This document shows, piece by piece, positions 9,034-18,928 of a DNA stretch of 64,000 nucleotides (its first letter is position 1; each line of letters starts with the position of its first letter). This stretch comes from Candidatus Parcubacteria bacterium (GTDB lineage: Bacteria > Patescibacteriota > Patescibacteriia > Patescibacteriales > UBA12075). Position numbers and translations under genes: made by a program. Under the pieces are notes generated by a model. It ran no database searches and was not told where the DNA came from. It was given only the letters and a program-made list of their open reading frames with translations. The DNA lies in NCBI GenBank assembly GCA_963814275.1, contig CAWFCE010000002.1:702919-766918 (forward strand), read 5' to 3'.

Positions 9034-9915
9034 ATGAATAAATTCAAAATTGCCATATCAATAATTTTTTTAATGAGCGGGATAATTTCCGGTTCTTTTT
9101 TGCTGATGAAGCCAGATAACATCCCCGGTCTATTATCAATAACGGCGGCGCGGGCGCAGAGCGTGGCACAGAAAGACAGCGATTATGACGGATTGACCGA
9201 TGAGATCGAGACCGCCGTATACCGGACCGACCCCAATAACGCCGATACCGACAACGACGGCTATCTGGATGCGACGGAAGCGATTGCCGCGACCGATCCG
9301 CTCAACCCGTATGACCCGGCCGGACCCACCGCGGCCGCGGGCGTAAGCGCGCCGGCTTCAAGTCTGCCTTGGTTCATCACCAGGGCGGCGGCTATTACCT
9401 CTTACGTCCTGATGTTTTTTATTATCGTCTTCGGGGAAGGCATGGCGGCCGGCTATATTTACCGGTTTTTGAGTCCGGTCCGGGCCTGGGTGGTGCACAA
9501 ATACCTGGGCATCGCCCTGGGTGTTTCGCTTCTGGTCCATATTTTTTCCCTTTTGTTCGATAATTACATCGCCCTAGGCCTGTCCGATATCCTCTTGCCG
9601 TTTACCGCCGATTACCGGCCGGTATTTTTGTCATTCGGCATCGTCGGTTTCTATATGCTGTTGATCATCGTATCAAGCTCTCTCCTTATCCGCCTGCGGC
9701 TACCGCGTTTCTGGATCAATATCCATTATTTTGTCTATCCGTTTTTTATTTTTTCTTTCATTCACGGCGTTTTTATCGGCAGCGATTCCGGCTTGCCGCT
9801 GATGCAAGCGACATATTGGCTGACCGGGATCATATTTTTTATCTTATTAATGCATCGTTTACTATTATTTCGCTCGAGGCGCGTTAGCACGCAGCACGCA
9901 GCACGCAGCACGTAG
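9034..9915 (+). CDS. Ferric-reductase-like bis-heme transmembrane protein (YedZ/NOX TM-domain type) with N-terminal secreted TSP3-repeat region
   Basis: Signal/TM, DSDYDGLTDEIE and DTDNDGYLDATE Ca-binding repeats. Six TM helices with His pairs HKYLGIALGVSLLVH (H-x13-H) and HYFVYPFFIFSFIH (H-x12-H), as in ferric reductase/NOX heme ligands. The ORF's last codons run into a heptamer repeat. Confidence 0.7.
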   Translation: MNKFKIAISIIFLMSGIISGSFLLMKPDNIPGLLSITAARAQSVAQKDSDYDGLTDEIETAVYRTDPNNADTDNDGYLDATEAIAATDPLNPYDPAGPTAAAGVSAPASSLPWFITRAAAITSYVLMFFIIVFGEGMAAGYIYRFLSPVRAWVVHKYLGIALGVSLLVHIFSLLFDNYIALGLSDILLPFTADYRPVFLSFGIVGFYMLLIIVSSSLLIRLRLPRFWINIHYFVYPFFIFSFIHGVFIGSDSGLPLMQATYWLTGIIFFILLMHRLLLFRSRRVSTQHAARST

Positions 9916-10012
9916 CACGCAGCACGTAACACGTAACATATAATACTTAATACATAATACTTAATACATAATACATAATACATAATACATAATACTTAAT
10001 ACTAAAAACTTT
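9880..10012. repeat. Family D repeat copy 1: (gcacgca)x~7 heptamer tandem followed by an atacttaatac(at)aatac tandem
   Basis: gcacgcagcacgcagcacgcagcacgtagcacgcagcacgtaacacgtaacatataatacttaatacataatac...; related copies at 30470-30520 and 36432-36505. Confidence 0.6.
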
Positions 10013-10026
10013 ATCCCCATTAAAGC

Positions 10027-10052
10027 TAGCCCCGTTAATCGGGGTTTTTAGT
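10027..10052 (+). terminator. Rho-independent terminator hairpin
   Basis: agccccgttaatcggggttttt. Confidence 0.55.
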
Positions 10053-10335
10053 TATCCACAGAGGGGATTTTCGGCGTTTTGGGGGATTGAAACAGGATTA
10101 AAAATGTCTAAGAAGACTCTTTCATCTGTCTCTAATTTTAGACCCGCCATTCCCAAAGGCTGAAATTTAATCTGTTTTTTGTATAATTAACTGCATCCTG
10201 GCACTTTTCACACAGCCGGACCAGATCGCTAAATAATAATCGTAAATGGCCCCCGTCCAAGACGGGGAGCGAGCGATATCAGGCGGCCGTCCGGCAGAGC
10301 GCAAGCGGGCAGGAAATTTATAATTAAATCCATTT

Positions 10336-11400
10336 ATGCCGAAGAAACCCTTAATTGTTTCGTCGATCATTTTAATTTGTTTATTCATTTTCCCTTCCCT
10401 TTCCCGGGCCGAAAGCGTTTGCCGCGGGTTGAACGGCCGTATCCTTTTGCAGGTTGAGGAGAACGGCGAGGCCTGGTATGTCAGTCCGCAGAAGGACGAG
10501 CGCACCTATCTGGGCACCCCGGCCGATGCCTGGCAGGTGATGCGCAATGACGGTCTGGGAGTCGCCAACAGCGACCTCGGACGCTTCCGCGGCCGGGCAC
10601 CACTGCGGCTGGCCGGGCATATCCTGTTGGCGGTCGAGGATAAGGGGCAAGCTTATTATGTCAACCCTGTCGACTGCCGCCTCCATTATCTGGGCACCCC
10701 GGCCGATGCCTGGCAGGTGATGCGCGAGCAGGGGCTGGGAATAAGCGACTCTGACCTGGCAAAGATCCCGGTAAATTCCGACGGATCCGCCGTTAGCGGG
10801 CAAGAAGGTGAGGCCGATATCAATAACGCGGAAACGGATGAAGTAGCGCCGCCCATTGCAGAAAACATAGCCGCAGAGGCCGCCCACAATGATGAAGTAA
10901 AGACGATAATCGAAAATATTATTGAAGAAGCGGATGAGCCGGCACCGGTTGCCGATGAGACTGTTGTAGTCGAAGCCGCCGGTAATACCGGCCAAAGCGA
11001 TCCGCAGGAGGCGGAGACGGCTGCCATGGAACGGCGGATATTCGCTTCGATCAACGATTACCGCGCCGGCCGGGGGCTCGCCGCGCTCGCCTGGAATGAC
11101 GATATCGCCGCGCTCGCCCGGGCCAAAAGCGCGGCCATGGCGGACGGCAGCGTACCTTTCAGCCATGACGGGTTCAATAGCCGTTTCAATGAGCTCAAAA
11201 CCGCGCTGGGCGCCGTGGCGATGGGGGAGAACATCGCTTACAATTATCTGGCGGATGATCCGGCCGGATTGGCTGTCGGTGATTGGATAAAAAGCGACGG
11301 CCACCGGGAGAATATCGAAGGCAATTACGATTTGACCGGGATCGGCGTTATCCGGAACGCGGCCGGCTATTATTATTTCACCCAGATATTCATCCGTTAA
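10336..11400 (+). CDS. Secreted CAP/SCP/PR-1-like domain protein with two N-terminal ~55-aa internal repeats
   Basis: Signal peptide; duplicated YLGTPADAWQVMR modules. C-terminal CAP motifs INDYRAGRGL, LAWNDDIAALARAKSAAMA, FSHDGF, GENIAYNY, GHRENI. Confidence 0.75.
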   Translation: MPKKPLIVSSIILICLFIFPSLSRAESVCRGLNGRILLQVEENGEAWYVSPQKDERTYLGTPADAWQVMRNDGLGVANSDLGRFRGRAPLRLAGHILLAVEDKGQAYYVNPVDCRLHYLGTPADAWQVMREQGLGISDSDLAKIPVNSDGSAVSGQEGEADINNAETDEVAPPIAENIAAEAAHNDEVKTIIENIIEEADEPAPVADETVVVEAAGNTGQSDPQEAETAAMERRIFASINDYRAGRGLAALAWNDDIAALARAKSAAMADGSVPFSHDGFNSRFNELKTALGAVAMGENIAYNYLADDPAGLAVGDWIKSDGHRENIEGNYDLTGIGVIRNAAGYYYFTQIFIR

Positions 11401-11420
11401 CAAAGTTATCAACACTCCAA

Positions 11421-11490
11421 CCGGGACACCAGGCGATGGCCGTCCCGGTTTTTTGTATAAATAAAAAGGCAGGGCCAGTGATGGTCCTGC
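11421..11490. terminator. Two hairpins between convergent genes (plus-strand terminator 11421-11455; hairpin 11466-11490 for the minus gene)
   Basis: ccgggacaccaggcgatggccgtcccggtttttt and ggcagggccagtgatggtcctgcc. Confidence 0.45.
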
Positions 11491-11502
11491 CGCATTGAGC
11501 GA

Positions 11503-11703
11503 TTACGCGCTCATTCGTCCGCCCATCCTGGTGACGGCATCCTCGCATTCGGGACAGAATTTTTCGGCAAAGCCCGGGGCGCGGGAGTAGCCGACTTTTT
11601 TACGGTAATTATTACAGGGCTTTGTACAAGTGTTGCAGGAGTTAAAGATTCGGTTCGTGAGGCAGCTGTGAATTCTTCGGTCGCAGTTGCAATAATACGT
11701 CAT
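11503..11703 (-). CDS. Small Cys-rich protein (66 aa), possible zinc-ribbon
   Basis: CNC, CNTCTKPC and CPEC motifs; purine-rich RBS (aaggggg) upstream on the minus strand. Confidence 0.4.
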   Translation of the reverse strand: MTYYCNCDRRIHSCLTNRIFNSCNTCTKPCNNYRKKVGYSRAPGFAEKFCPECEDAVTRMGGRMSA

Positions 11704-12224
11704 GGCGCACCCCCCTTCTATTTGGATTACCGGAACGTTATAAAAAACAAAAAAGCCGGTATTGGCCGGCTTAAAAATGAAGTTCTATTTTCGGACAAGG
11801 ACGAAATCATATTCGTTTTTGTTGCGTAAAACATACCCGTGGATAGATTCGTATTAACTTATACCTATATTATAGCATAGGTCATTTAATTGGAAAAGTA
11901 TGGCAGCCACGCTCAATTGAAATATCCGTCAGTTATTTTTCCAGTTAGCAATTTTTGTGCCAGGTCATAAACGAAGAATGGTTGCAAACGAAGGTTTTTC
12001 CCTCGATGGAAATTTCTCTCGCGTAAACCGCGCCAGCGGGTTTAGCCCTAAAACGAAACCGGACCCAACCGTCCGGTTTTTTTATGGGGCAATAAGATCG
12101 ATTTTCCCTGAATTTCGTGCATTTGTCATTAGTTTGTGTTAAAATAAAGTTAAGTTTCAGTATAGATTATTTTACATTTTTATTTGTCATTTTGATTTTT
12201 GCATTTTGAATTTATATATCCAAT

Positions 12225-15200
12225 ATGAAATTTTTTCCCCAAGAGCCGTTAACCGCCCTGAAAGGGAAAAAGCACGCCGTATTCGTCGGTTTGATCGCTT
12301 TTTTCTCCCTGTGGGCGGTTATTTTTGTCTTTATTTATACCCGAGATCTGCGGATCGCCCGCGAACCGGTGCGGCAAAAGCGCGATTGGCAGTATGAGCT
12401 GTTCGCCGCACCGCCGGCTTACCGGGCGGTCGATGCGATCGTGGCCAAGAGCGTGTCGCAGAGCGCCGCGATCGCGATCAATCTGCCCCCGGACCTTGGC
12501 GTCAGTACGGATGAGGCCAAAACAGCAGTCGCATTCACGCCCGCGATCGCCGGCGAATGGCAGGCAGGAGCGGAAGACAAGCTGGTCTACCGCCCCCAGG
12601 ACAAGCTGGTGGTGGGCAATTATTATACCGTTACCCTGGCGCTTTCCGACGGGACGATCGGGGCCGATTTCGTGGTCGAGGACGACCCGGCGGTCCTCAA
12701 TGTGTTCCCCAAGGCCGGCAGCGAAACCCACGAGAATTCCGAGATCACGATCCTCTTCAACCGGCCGATGGTGCCCCTGTCCAGCCTGGATATCATGGCG
12801 CCGGACGATATCCCGGTCGAGATCACCCCGGCCACCGCCGGGCGCTTCAAATGGATCGGCACCCGTTCGCTCAAATTCATTCCCGACTCCGCCCTGGTCC
12901 GCTCCGCGAATTACAGCGTTAAGATCAAGCCGGATTTCCAGTCGATGGACGGGCTGGGTATTGCCGGATTCGACCATCAGTTCAGCACCAGGCATCTGCG
13001 CTACGAAAGCGTAAGCCAGGGTTCGCTCATATACGACGCGCCGATCCGGGTCAAATTCAATATGCCGGTTGACCTGGATAAGACCAAAGACCATATCTGG
13101 ATGAAAGATACGGACAAAAACCAAAGGATCGATTTCATCGCCGAATACGCAATTAAGAAGATATACGATCCCGAGAAAAAGGCCTGGAACGATTTCGAGG
13201 ACCAGTCTGAATTATGGATTTACAACAAAGCCGACCGGTACGGCCGGGAAAAGCTCTGGGATTTCGGCGGCCATTATTTCCTGATGGTCGAAAAAGCGGT
13301 TCCGAGCGAAGGCGATATTATCCTCACCGAATCGCGGCAGGCGCAATACCAGGCGACCGGGATCATCGAGTCGATCGGCGCCGAATCGGAACAGAGCAAA
13401 TGGGTGGACAAGGACCTGTTTGACGCAAGCGGCAAGCTGACGATCAAATTCTATGAAGATATCGATCTGGCGGGCTCGCGCATCACGGGCGACCGCCTGG
13501 CCGATATAGAATACGGGGAGAAATGCAAGGATGACGGGGGCGGGCTGGTAATGTACGGCAGCGCCGACTGCGAGAAGGAAACCGACCATTCGCTTCTGCT
13601 CCTGGCGTTCGACCAGGACAAGATCAAGCGGGGTGATGTGCTGAAGCTGAATCTGGAGAAGATCGTCAATTCCGAAGGATTCACCATTAACACCGAACCG
13701 ATCGAAGAAACGATCCGGGTAATACCGGAACTTAAGGTATTATCGACCGAACCGGCCGATGGCAGCAGCAATGCCAGTCTGACCGATTTTTATCTCTGTA
13801 CCAATCTTCCGCTGGTCGTTCCGGCCAAGGAGGACATCGATGCTTATCTGGAAGTGAATCTGCCCTATAATTACAGCGATTGGGGGCAGTCCTACCGGGT
13901 GCCGGACAGCGCCGACAGTTATTGGAAATGCCGGCCCGGGGAATTCCGGACTCAGATCTTTTACGGCTTGGCTCCGGAAAGCGATTATCGGCTCAAGTTC
14001 GACCTACAGGACGAATTCGGCGGCGAGCTGGAAAAGACGATTGCCGTACGGACGGCAGCAATGAGCGATTTTTTCCTTAATTTCTATCACCTGCAGGACA
14101 AAGTGCTATTGACTACGCCGGACAAGACCAAGCTGACTTTTGCGGCGGAGAATATGGATTACGTCGACATGGATATCTGCCGGCTGGACGCCGAAGCGAT
14201 GGTCCGGCTGTTAAGCGGCAAGCCGGATTATTGGGCCGGCCCGGATACGATCAAAAATTGCCGGGAACGGATCAAGAAAAGGATCGATCTGCCCAAGCTG
14301 TACTGGGCCAAGAATTATTTCCAGGTTGACCTTAAGGATTACGTACCGGACACCAAGGGGCATTGGCTCATTACCTTTTCCAATCCCCATTACATCGAAT
14401 ATTACGGGGACAAGCGCCCAGTATACGAGCGCGTCTACCTGACCGTCAGCAATATCGGCATAACGGAGAAAAAGATCGATATCGGCACGATCGAGAATAC
14501 CGATATGGCAGAACTCAAAAATATTTTCTGGATAACTGACCTGAAGACCCTCGCGCCGGTCAGCGGAGCCGCAATAAGGATATTCAACCGTATTACGAAT
14601 GATTCCCTCGAAGAGAGCGGTACGGTGGTTACCGACAGCCGGGGAATTGCCGAGTATCAGGCGGCCGGCCAGCCACAGGCCCTCATCGTGGCTGCCGGCG
14701 ATGACAGCGCGGTCATGGCCAATAACGACTCGACCCTGGAGTATGCCGCACGGGCCGGCAGCAGCGCGAGAATATACGCCTATACCGACCGTCCGATCTA
14801 CCGTCCGGGGCAAGAGGTCCATATCAAGGGCATCTACCGGATCGGCTATGACAACGATTACGAGATCTTTGCGGACAGGAAGGTCGAGGTGGTTGTCCGC
14901 GACAGCCGCTACATGGAGATATCGAAACAATCGGTCGCGGTCAATGATTTCGGCACTTTCGCGCTGGACCTGGAACTGCCCCCGGATGCCGCCCTGGGCA
15001 CTTATTCGGTCAGGACCGACAACTCCAATTCGAATTTCGATGTCGAGGAATACGTGCCGGCCGCTTTCAAAGTCGACGTAACGAGCCGCCAGGAAGAGTA
15101 TATTTCCCGCGATACGGTTACCCTGGACATCGACGCCAGTTATTATTTCGGCGCGCCGGTCGAAGGCGGTGAGGTGGAATACGCGATCGGCAGCCAGGAT

Positions 15201-18200
15201 TACCATTTCGACCGCTACAGCGATCCCAACTTCCGCTTCGGTTCGGATTGGTACCGGTGCTACTGGGATTGCAGCTACAACGATAAATTCATCCTGCGCA
15301 ATACCGCCAAGCTGGGAGCGGACGGCAAAGCCACGATCTCCCACAAGTTGGACCTAAGCGAGATATTCAAGGACGAAGAAGAGGCCATGAGCAAGATCAT
15401 CGTCGTCTATGTGACCGTTAAGAACTCGAGCGGCCAGTCCGTCTCCGCCCAGCAGTCCTTCATCATGCACCGGGGGGAGTATTATCTGGGAATAAGCGCC
15501 GCTAAGCGGTTTCTGGGCGAAGGGGAGAAGTTCGACTTGAAGCTCAAATCAGTCGATACCAAGGGTAACAATTCTCCGGACAGAAAGATCGAATTGAGCA
15601 TCAGCCGCATCGAGTGGAAATCCGTCAAGCGCAAGGAGGTAGACGGCGGGTATTACTACCGCTGGGAAGAGACGCTCATGCCGGCGGTAAATGACAGCGT
15701 AACGACCGACAAGAACGGCGACTTCAAAAAGGAATATGCGCTTCAGGACAGCGGCGAATACAAGGTCGTGGTGAAAGGGAGCGATAGCCGCGGCAATGAG
15801 ATACGCAATTCATATTATCTATATGTGTACGGCAGCGGCCAGGCCGATGTCCGGCCGACCAACGACCATACGCTTGAGATCGAGGCGGGGCAGAGCGCGT
15901 ACCAGACGGGTGATACCGCCGAAGTGATCATCAAATCGCCTTTCGAAAAGGGGAAAGCCCTGATCTCGCTCGAGCGGGGCCGGGTATTCCATTACGATAT
16001 CGTGGACGTGGACCAGGGGCTCTACCGCTACCAGTTCCCGGTTACCGAGGATTATATCCCCAATATATTCGTTTCCGCCACTCTGCTTTCCGGCGAGCCG
16101 GATATCAAATACGGCTCCACCCAGCTGATGGTCGATACCGACCGGAAGGAGATAACGATCGACGTCAGCACGGAGAAGGACCATTATTTGCCGGGTGAAG
16201 AGGTCAATCTGTCGCTCTATGCGTATGATGCGGACAAGCGGCCGGTGGAGGCCGATATCTCGGTCGCGGTGGCGGACCTGAGCGTCCTGGCCCTGAAAGG
16301 CAACCCCAAGAAGAATCCGGTGGTCTTTTTTTACAGCGGCTTCCCCTTGACGGTCATGACCGCATCCAATATGAAGAATATCCTGTTCGAGACCGACGTG
16401 CCCACCGGGACCAAGGGCGGCGGCGGCGCGGAAGCCGAAGATCTCGCCAAGAAGAAACGCGGGATATTCAAGGATACCGCCCTCTGGGAGGCGTTTGTCC
16501 GGACCGATAAGAGCGGCCGGGCCAGCCTGCATTTCACTTTGCCGGACAATCTGACCACCTGGCAGGTCGAAGCGCTCGGTGTTACCCGCGATACGCGCCT
16601 GGGCGTGGAATACGCGGAATTCGTCGCCCGCAAGGACCTGATGCTGACGCCGCTCGTGCCCCGCTTCATCGTGCCGGGGGACGAATTCGCGGTCGGCGCC
16701 AAGATATTCAACCAGACCAAGGAAGCCCAGGACCTGGACGTCAGTCTGGCCGAAACCGGTCTGGCACTGGTTGACGACGCTAAGGCGGCGATCAGGATCC
16801 CGGCCGGAGCGAGTGATACGGTCTATTTCCGGGTCAAGGCGCCGGCGGATACGGATGAAGGCGGCTATGGCTTTACGCTTTCGGCCGGCAACAAAGCAGT
16901 CGAAGATACGGTCGCCGGCAGCGTCCAGATCCGGCCGAACGACACCTACGAAACCACCGCCACCGCCGGCTATTCGCGCGATACCGAGGTGAACGAATAT
17001 GTGTATCTGCCGGAAAGCGTCCTGCCGGACAAGGGCGGCCTGTCCATCACCACCAGCGCCACCTTGGCGGTATTCCTGAGCGATGCCCTGAATTCCCTCC
17101 TGGATTATCCCTATGGCTGCAGCGAGCAGATCGCGAGCAAGCTGGACGCGATCGCGATCATCAAGCGCGGCCTCAATCTGGAAAACATCGGCGACAAATT
17201 CGTGCCTGACAAGGTCGAATATGACGGCCAAAAGTATACGATCGACGAGCTGGTCGCGATTGGACTCGCCGATATTTACAAAGACCAGGATACCGGGGGC
17301 GGTTTCCGGTATTATCCCGGCAGCGGTACGGCCAGCTTTTATCTTTCGCTCCATATCGCCGATACCCTGCGCAATCTGGAGGCAGCCGGCTATCCGGTCG
17401 ATGAGGCTGTGTTCGGCAGACTTTTCAATTATCTGCAAAAACAAATCGTATATGAACAGTACCCGCGCCTGGGTAATGAGGATTATATCTACGCCGCCAG
17501 GACGCTCTACTCCCTTAAGGATAAATGGCCGGTAAACGCCGCTATCGGCAAGCGGATCGCCGCCATCCTGAACAACGACAAATACCTGAACGAGGACATC
17601 GGTTCGCTCGCGCTCGCCAATCTGGCCCTGATGCTGAGCGAGAATCCCGGCATTTTCGGCAATAATTACCTTAACCGGGCCCTCGACAACCTGGAGAACC
17701 GGATCGAGATCGACTCGCGCGGGGCTTTCCTGCCCCAGGGCGATACCTGGTCGTGGTTCTATTACGAAACGCCGGTCAGGGACAGCGCCATGCTGCTCAA
17801 AGCCCTGGTCAGCGCCGAACGCGACAATAATATATTGGACCGGGTGTTGCGCTGGCTCCTGAACAGCCGCTACAAGGACGGCGCCTGGGGGTCGACCAAC
17901 AATACCCTGGGCGCGGTGGACGCGCTGGTTGATTACATCAAATGGCAAAACGAGAACAAGTCCAATTTTACGCTGTCCGTCAATTTCAACCAGGCAACCC
18001 TGAAAAATATGACTTTCGGCCCGGGGAACATATTCGAGCAAAGCCGGCTGGAAATGTCCGTGCCGGAGATCGGCCTGGGCCAGCTCGACCGGATAAGCTT
18101 CGCGAAGGAGAATCTGAACGAAGAGAATAATAATTTTTATTATGACCTTGCCCTGCGCTATTACCTGCCGGCCGAATCCCTGCCGCCGCGGGATGAAGGG

Positions 18201-18737
18201 TTCGTGATCGAGCGCGGCTTCTACCGGGTGAGCGACAAGGAATACGCCGAACCGGTCGCTTCCGCCGCGGTCGGGGACGTCCTGCGCGGACACCTGAAGA
18301 TCAGCGTGCCCAAGCAGAGGAATTTCGTCTCGGTCGAGGATTTCATACCGGCCGGCGTGGAAATAGTGAATTTCAACCTGGATACGGAAAACGCGGCCGC
18401 GGTGCAGGATTATTCCGGGGAGATGGCGGACAGCGATTTCATAGACGCCGGCAGCGCCGCTGATTATTATAACGATTATTATAATCCCTGGTACTATAGC
18501 TGGCGCGATTCCCATAAGCTATATCCGGATTTTACCGAATCGCACGACGACCGCGTATTCCTCTATAAGGAACGGCTCGCTCCGGGCGAGTACGAATATG
18601 ATTATTTCGTGCGGGCGCTCGTACCCGGCCGCTTCCAATGGCTGCCGGCCCGGATCCAGGAGATGTATTTTCCGGAGAATTTCGGCCGGACCGGCGGGGG
18701 GATATTCGTGGTGAATGAGAAGAAGACGGAGATTTGA
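12225..18737 (+). CDS. Bacterial alpha-2-macroglobulin family protein (thioester-containing, YfhM/ECAM-like), 2170 aa, N-terminal TM anchor
   Basis: Thioester motif GCSEQ (DYPYGCSEQIASKLD), very large beta-rich protein, N-terminal hydrophobic helix, adjacent to pbpC. Confidence 0.88.
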   Translation: MKFFPQEPLTALKGKKHAVFVGLIAFFSLWAVIFVFIYTRDLRIAREPVRQKRDWQYELFAAPPAYRAVDAIVAKSVSQSAAIAINLPPDLGVSTDEAKTAVAFTPAIAGEWQAGAEDKLVYRPQDKLVVGNYYTVTLALSDGTIGADFVVEDDPAVLNVFPKAGSETHENSEITILFNRPMVPLSSLDIMAPDDIPVEITPATAGRFKWIGTRSLKFIPDSALVRSANYSVKIKPDFQSMDGLGIAGFDHQFSTRHLRYESVSQGSLIYDAPIRVKFNMPVDLDKTKDHIWMKDTDKNQRIDFIAEYAIKKIYDPEKKAWNDFEDQSELWIYNKADRYGREKLWDFGGHYFLMVEKAVPSEGDIILTESRQAQYQATGIIESIGAESEQSKWVDKDLFDASGKLTIKFYEDIDLAGSRITGDRLADIEYGEKCKDDGGGLVMYGSADCEKETDHSLLLLAFDQDKIKRGDVLKLNLEKIVNSEGFTINTEPIEETIRVIPELKVLSTEPADGSSNASLTDFYLCTNLPLVVPAKEDIDAYLEVNLPYNYSDWGQSYRVPDSADSYWKCRPGEFRTQIFYGLAPESDYRLKFDLQDEFGGELEKTIAVRTAAMSDFFLNFYHLQDKVLLTTPDKTKLTFAAENMDYVDMDICRLDAEAMVRLLSGKPDYWAGPDTIKNCRERIKKRIDLPKLYWAKNYFQVDLKDYVPDTKGHWLITFSNPHYIEYYGDKRPVYERVYLTVSNIGITEKKIDIGTIENTDMAELKNIFWITDLKTLAPVSGAAIRIFNRITNDSLEESGTVVTDSRGIAEYQAAGQPQALIVAAGDDSAVMANNDSTLEYAARAGSSARIYAYTDRPIYRPGQEVHIKGIYRIGYDNDYEIFADRKVEVVVRDSRYMEISKQSVAVNDFGTFALDLELPPDAALGTYSVRTDNSNSNFDVEEYVPAAFKVDVTSRQEEYISRDTVTLDIDASYYFGAPVEGGEVEYAIGSQDYHFDRYSDPNFRFGSDWYRCYWDCSYNDKFILRNTAKLGADGKATISHKLDLSEIFKDEEEAMSKIIVVYVTVKNSSGQSVSAQQSFIMHRGEYYLGISAAKRFLGEGEKFDLKLKSVDTKGNNSPDRKIELSISRIEWKSVKRKEVDGGYYYRWEETLMPAVNDSVTTDKNGDFKKEYALQDSGEYKVVVKGSDSRGNEIRNSYYLYVYGSGQADVRPTNDHTLEIEAGQSAYQTGDTAEVIIKSPFEKGKALISLERGRVFHYDIVDVDQGLYRYQFPVTEDYIPNIFVSATLLSGEPDIKYGSTQLMVDTDRKEITIDVSTEKDHYLPGEEVNLSLYAYDADKRPVEADISVAVADLSVLALKGNPKKNPVVFFYSGFPLTVMTASNMKNILFETDVPTGTKGGGGAEAEDLAKKKRGIFKDTALWEAFVRTDKSGRASLHFTLPDNLTTWQVEALGVTRDTRLGVEYAEFVARKDLMLTPLVPRFIVPGDEFAVGAKIFNQTKEAQDLDVSLAETGLALVDDAKAAIRIPAGASDTVYFRVKAPADTDEGGYGFTLSAGNKAVEDTVAGSVQIRPNDTYETTATAGYSRDTEVNEYVYLPESVLPDKGGLSITTSATLAVFLSDALNSLLDYPYGCSEQIASKLDAIAIIKRGLNLENIGDKFVPDKVEYDGQKYTIDELVAIGLADIYKDQDTGGGFRYYPGSGTASFYLSLHIADTLRNLEAAGYPVDEAVFGRLFNYLQKQIVYEQYPRLGNEDYIYAARTLYSLKDKWPVNAAIGKRIAAILNNDKYLNEDIGSLALANLALMLSENPGIFGNNYLNRALDNLENRIEIDSRGAFLPQGDTWSWFYYETPVRDSAMLLKALVSAERDNNILDRVLRWLLNSRYKDGAWGSTNNTLGAVDALVDYIKWQNENKSNFTLSVNFNQATLKNMTFGPGNIFEQSRLEMSVPEIGLGQLDRISFAKENLNEENNNFYYDLALRYYLPAESLPPRDEGFVIERGFYRVSDKEYAEPVASAAVGDVLRGHLKISVPKQRNFVSVEDFIPAGVEIVNFNLDTENAAAVQDYSGEMADSDFIDAGSAADYYNDYYNPWYYSWRDSHKLYPDFTESHDDRVFLYKERLAPGEYEYDYFVRALVPGRFQWLPARIQEMYFPENFGRTGGGIFVVNEKKTEI

Positions 18738-18853
18738 GATTGGAAATTGGAAATTGGAAATTTGAAATTCGAAAAGACGCCCAGGCTTTGCCGGGGCGTC
18801 TTTTGTATTTTATTGAACCTGTTTGCCGGGGCATTGCGCGCAATGCCCCGGAC
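18737..18853. terminator. (ggaaatt)x4 micro-tandem followed by two GC hairpins between convergent A2M and pbpC
   Basis: gattggaaattggaaattggaaatttgaaattcgaaaagacgcccaggctttgccggggcgtcttttg; gccggggcattgcgcgcaatgccccggac. Confidence 0.5.
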
Positions 18854-18928
18854 GGTGATATTTGGAGCGGTGGCGGGTAGACCACGAAGGGCGTAGCACG
18901 CTACGCCCCTACGACGGTATTATCATGC

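Noticed and set aside
10381-11415. 344-aa minus-strand ORF overlapping the CAP-domain gene
   Set aside because: The plus-strand product has a signal peptide and canonical CAP motifs; the minus ORF is an antisense GC artefact.
15819-18515. 898-aa minus-strand ORF (and other long antisense ORFs 12249-13124, 14211-15344) inside the A2M gene
   Set aside because: Antisense ORFs typical of high-GC coding DNA; low-complexity Arg/Gly/Pro-rich translation; the plus-strand A2M has the thioester motif and coherent domain structure.
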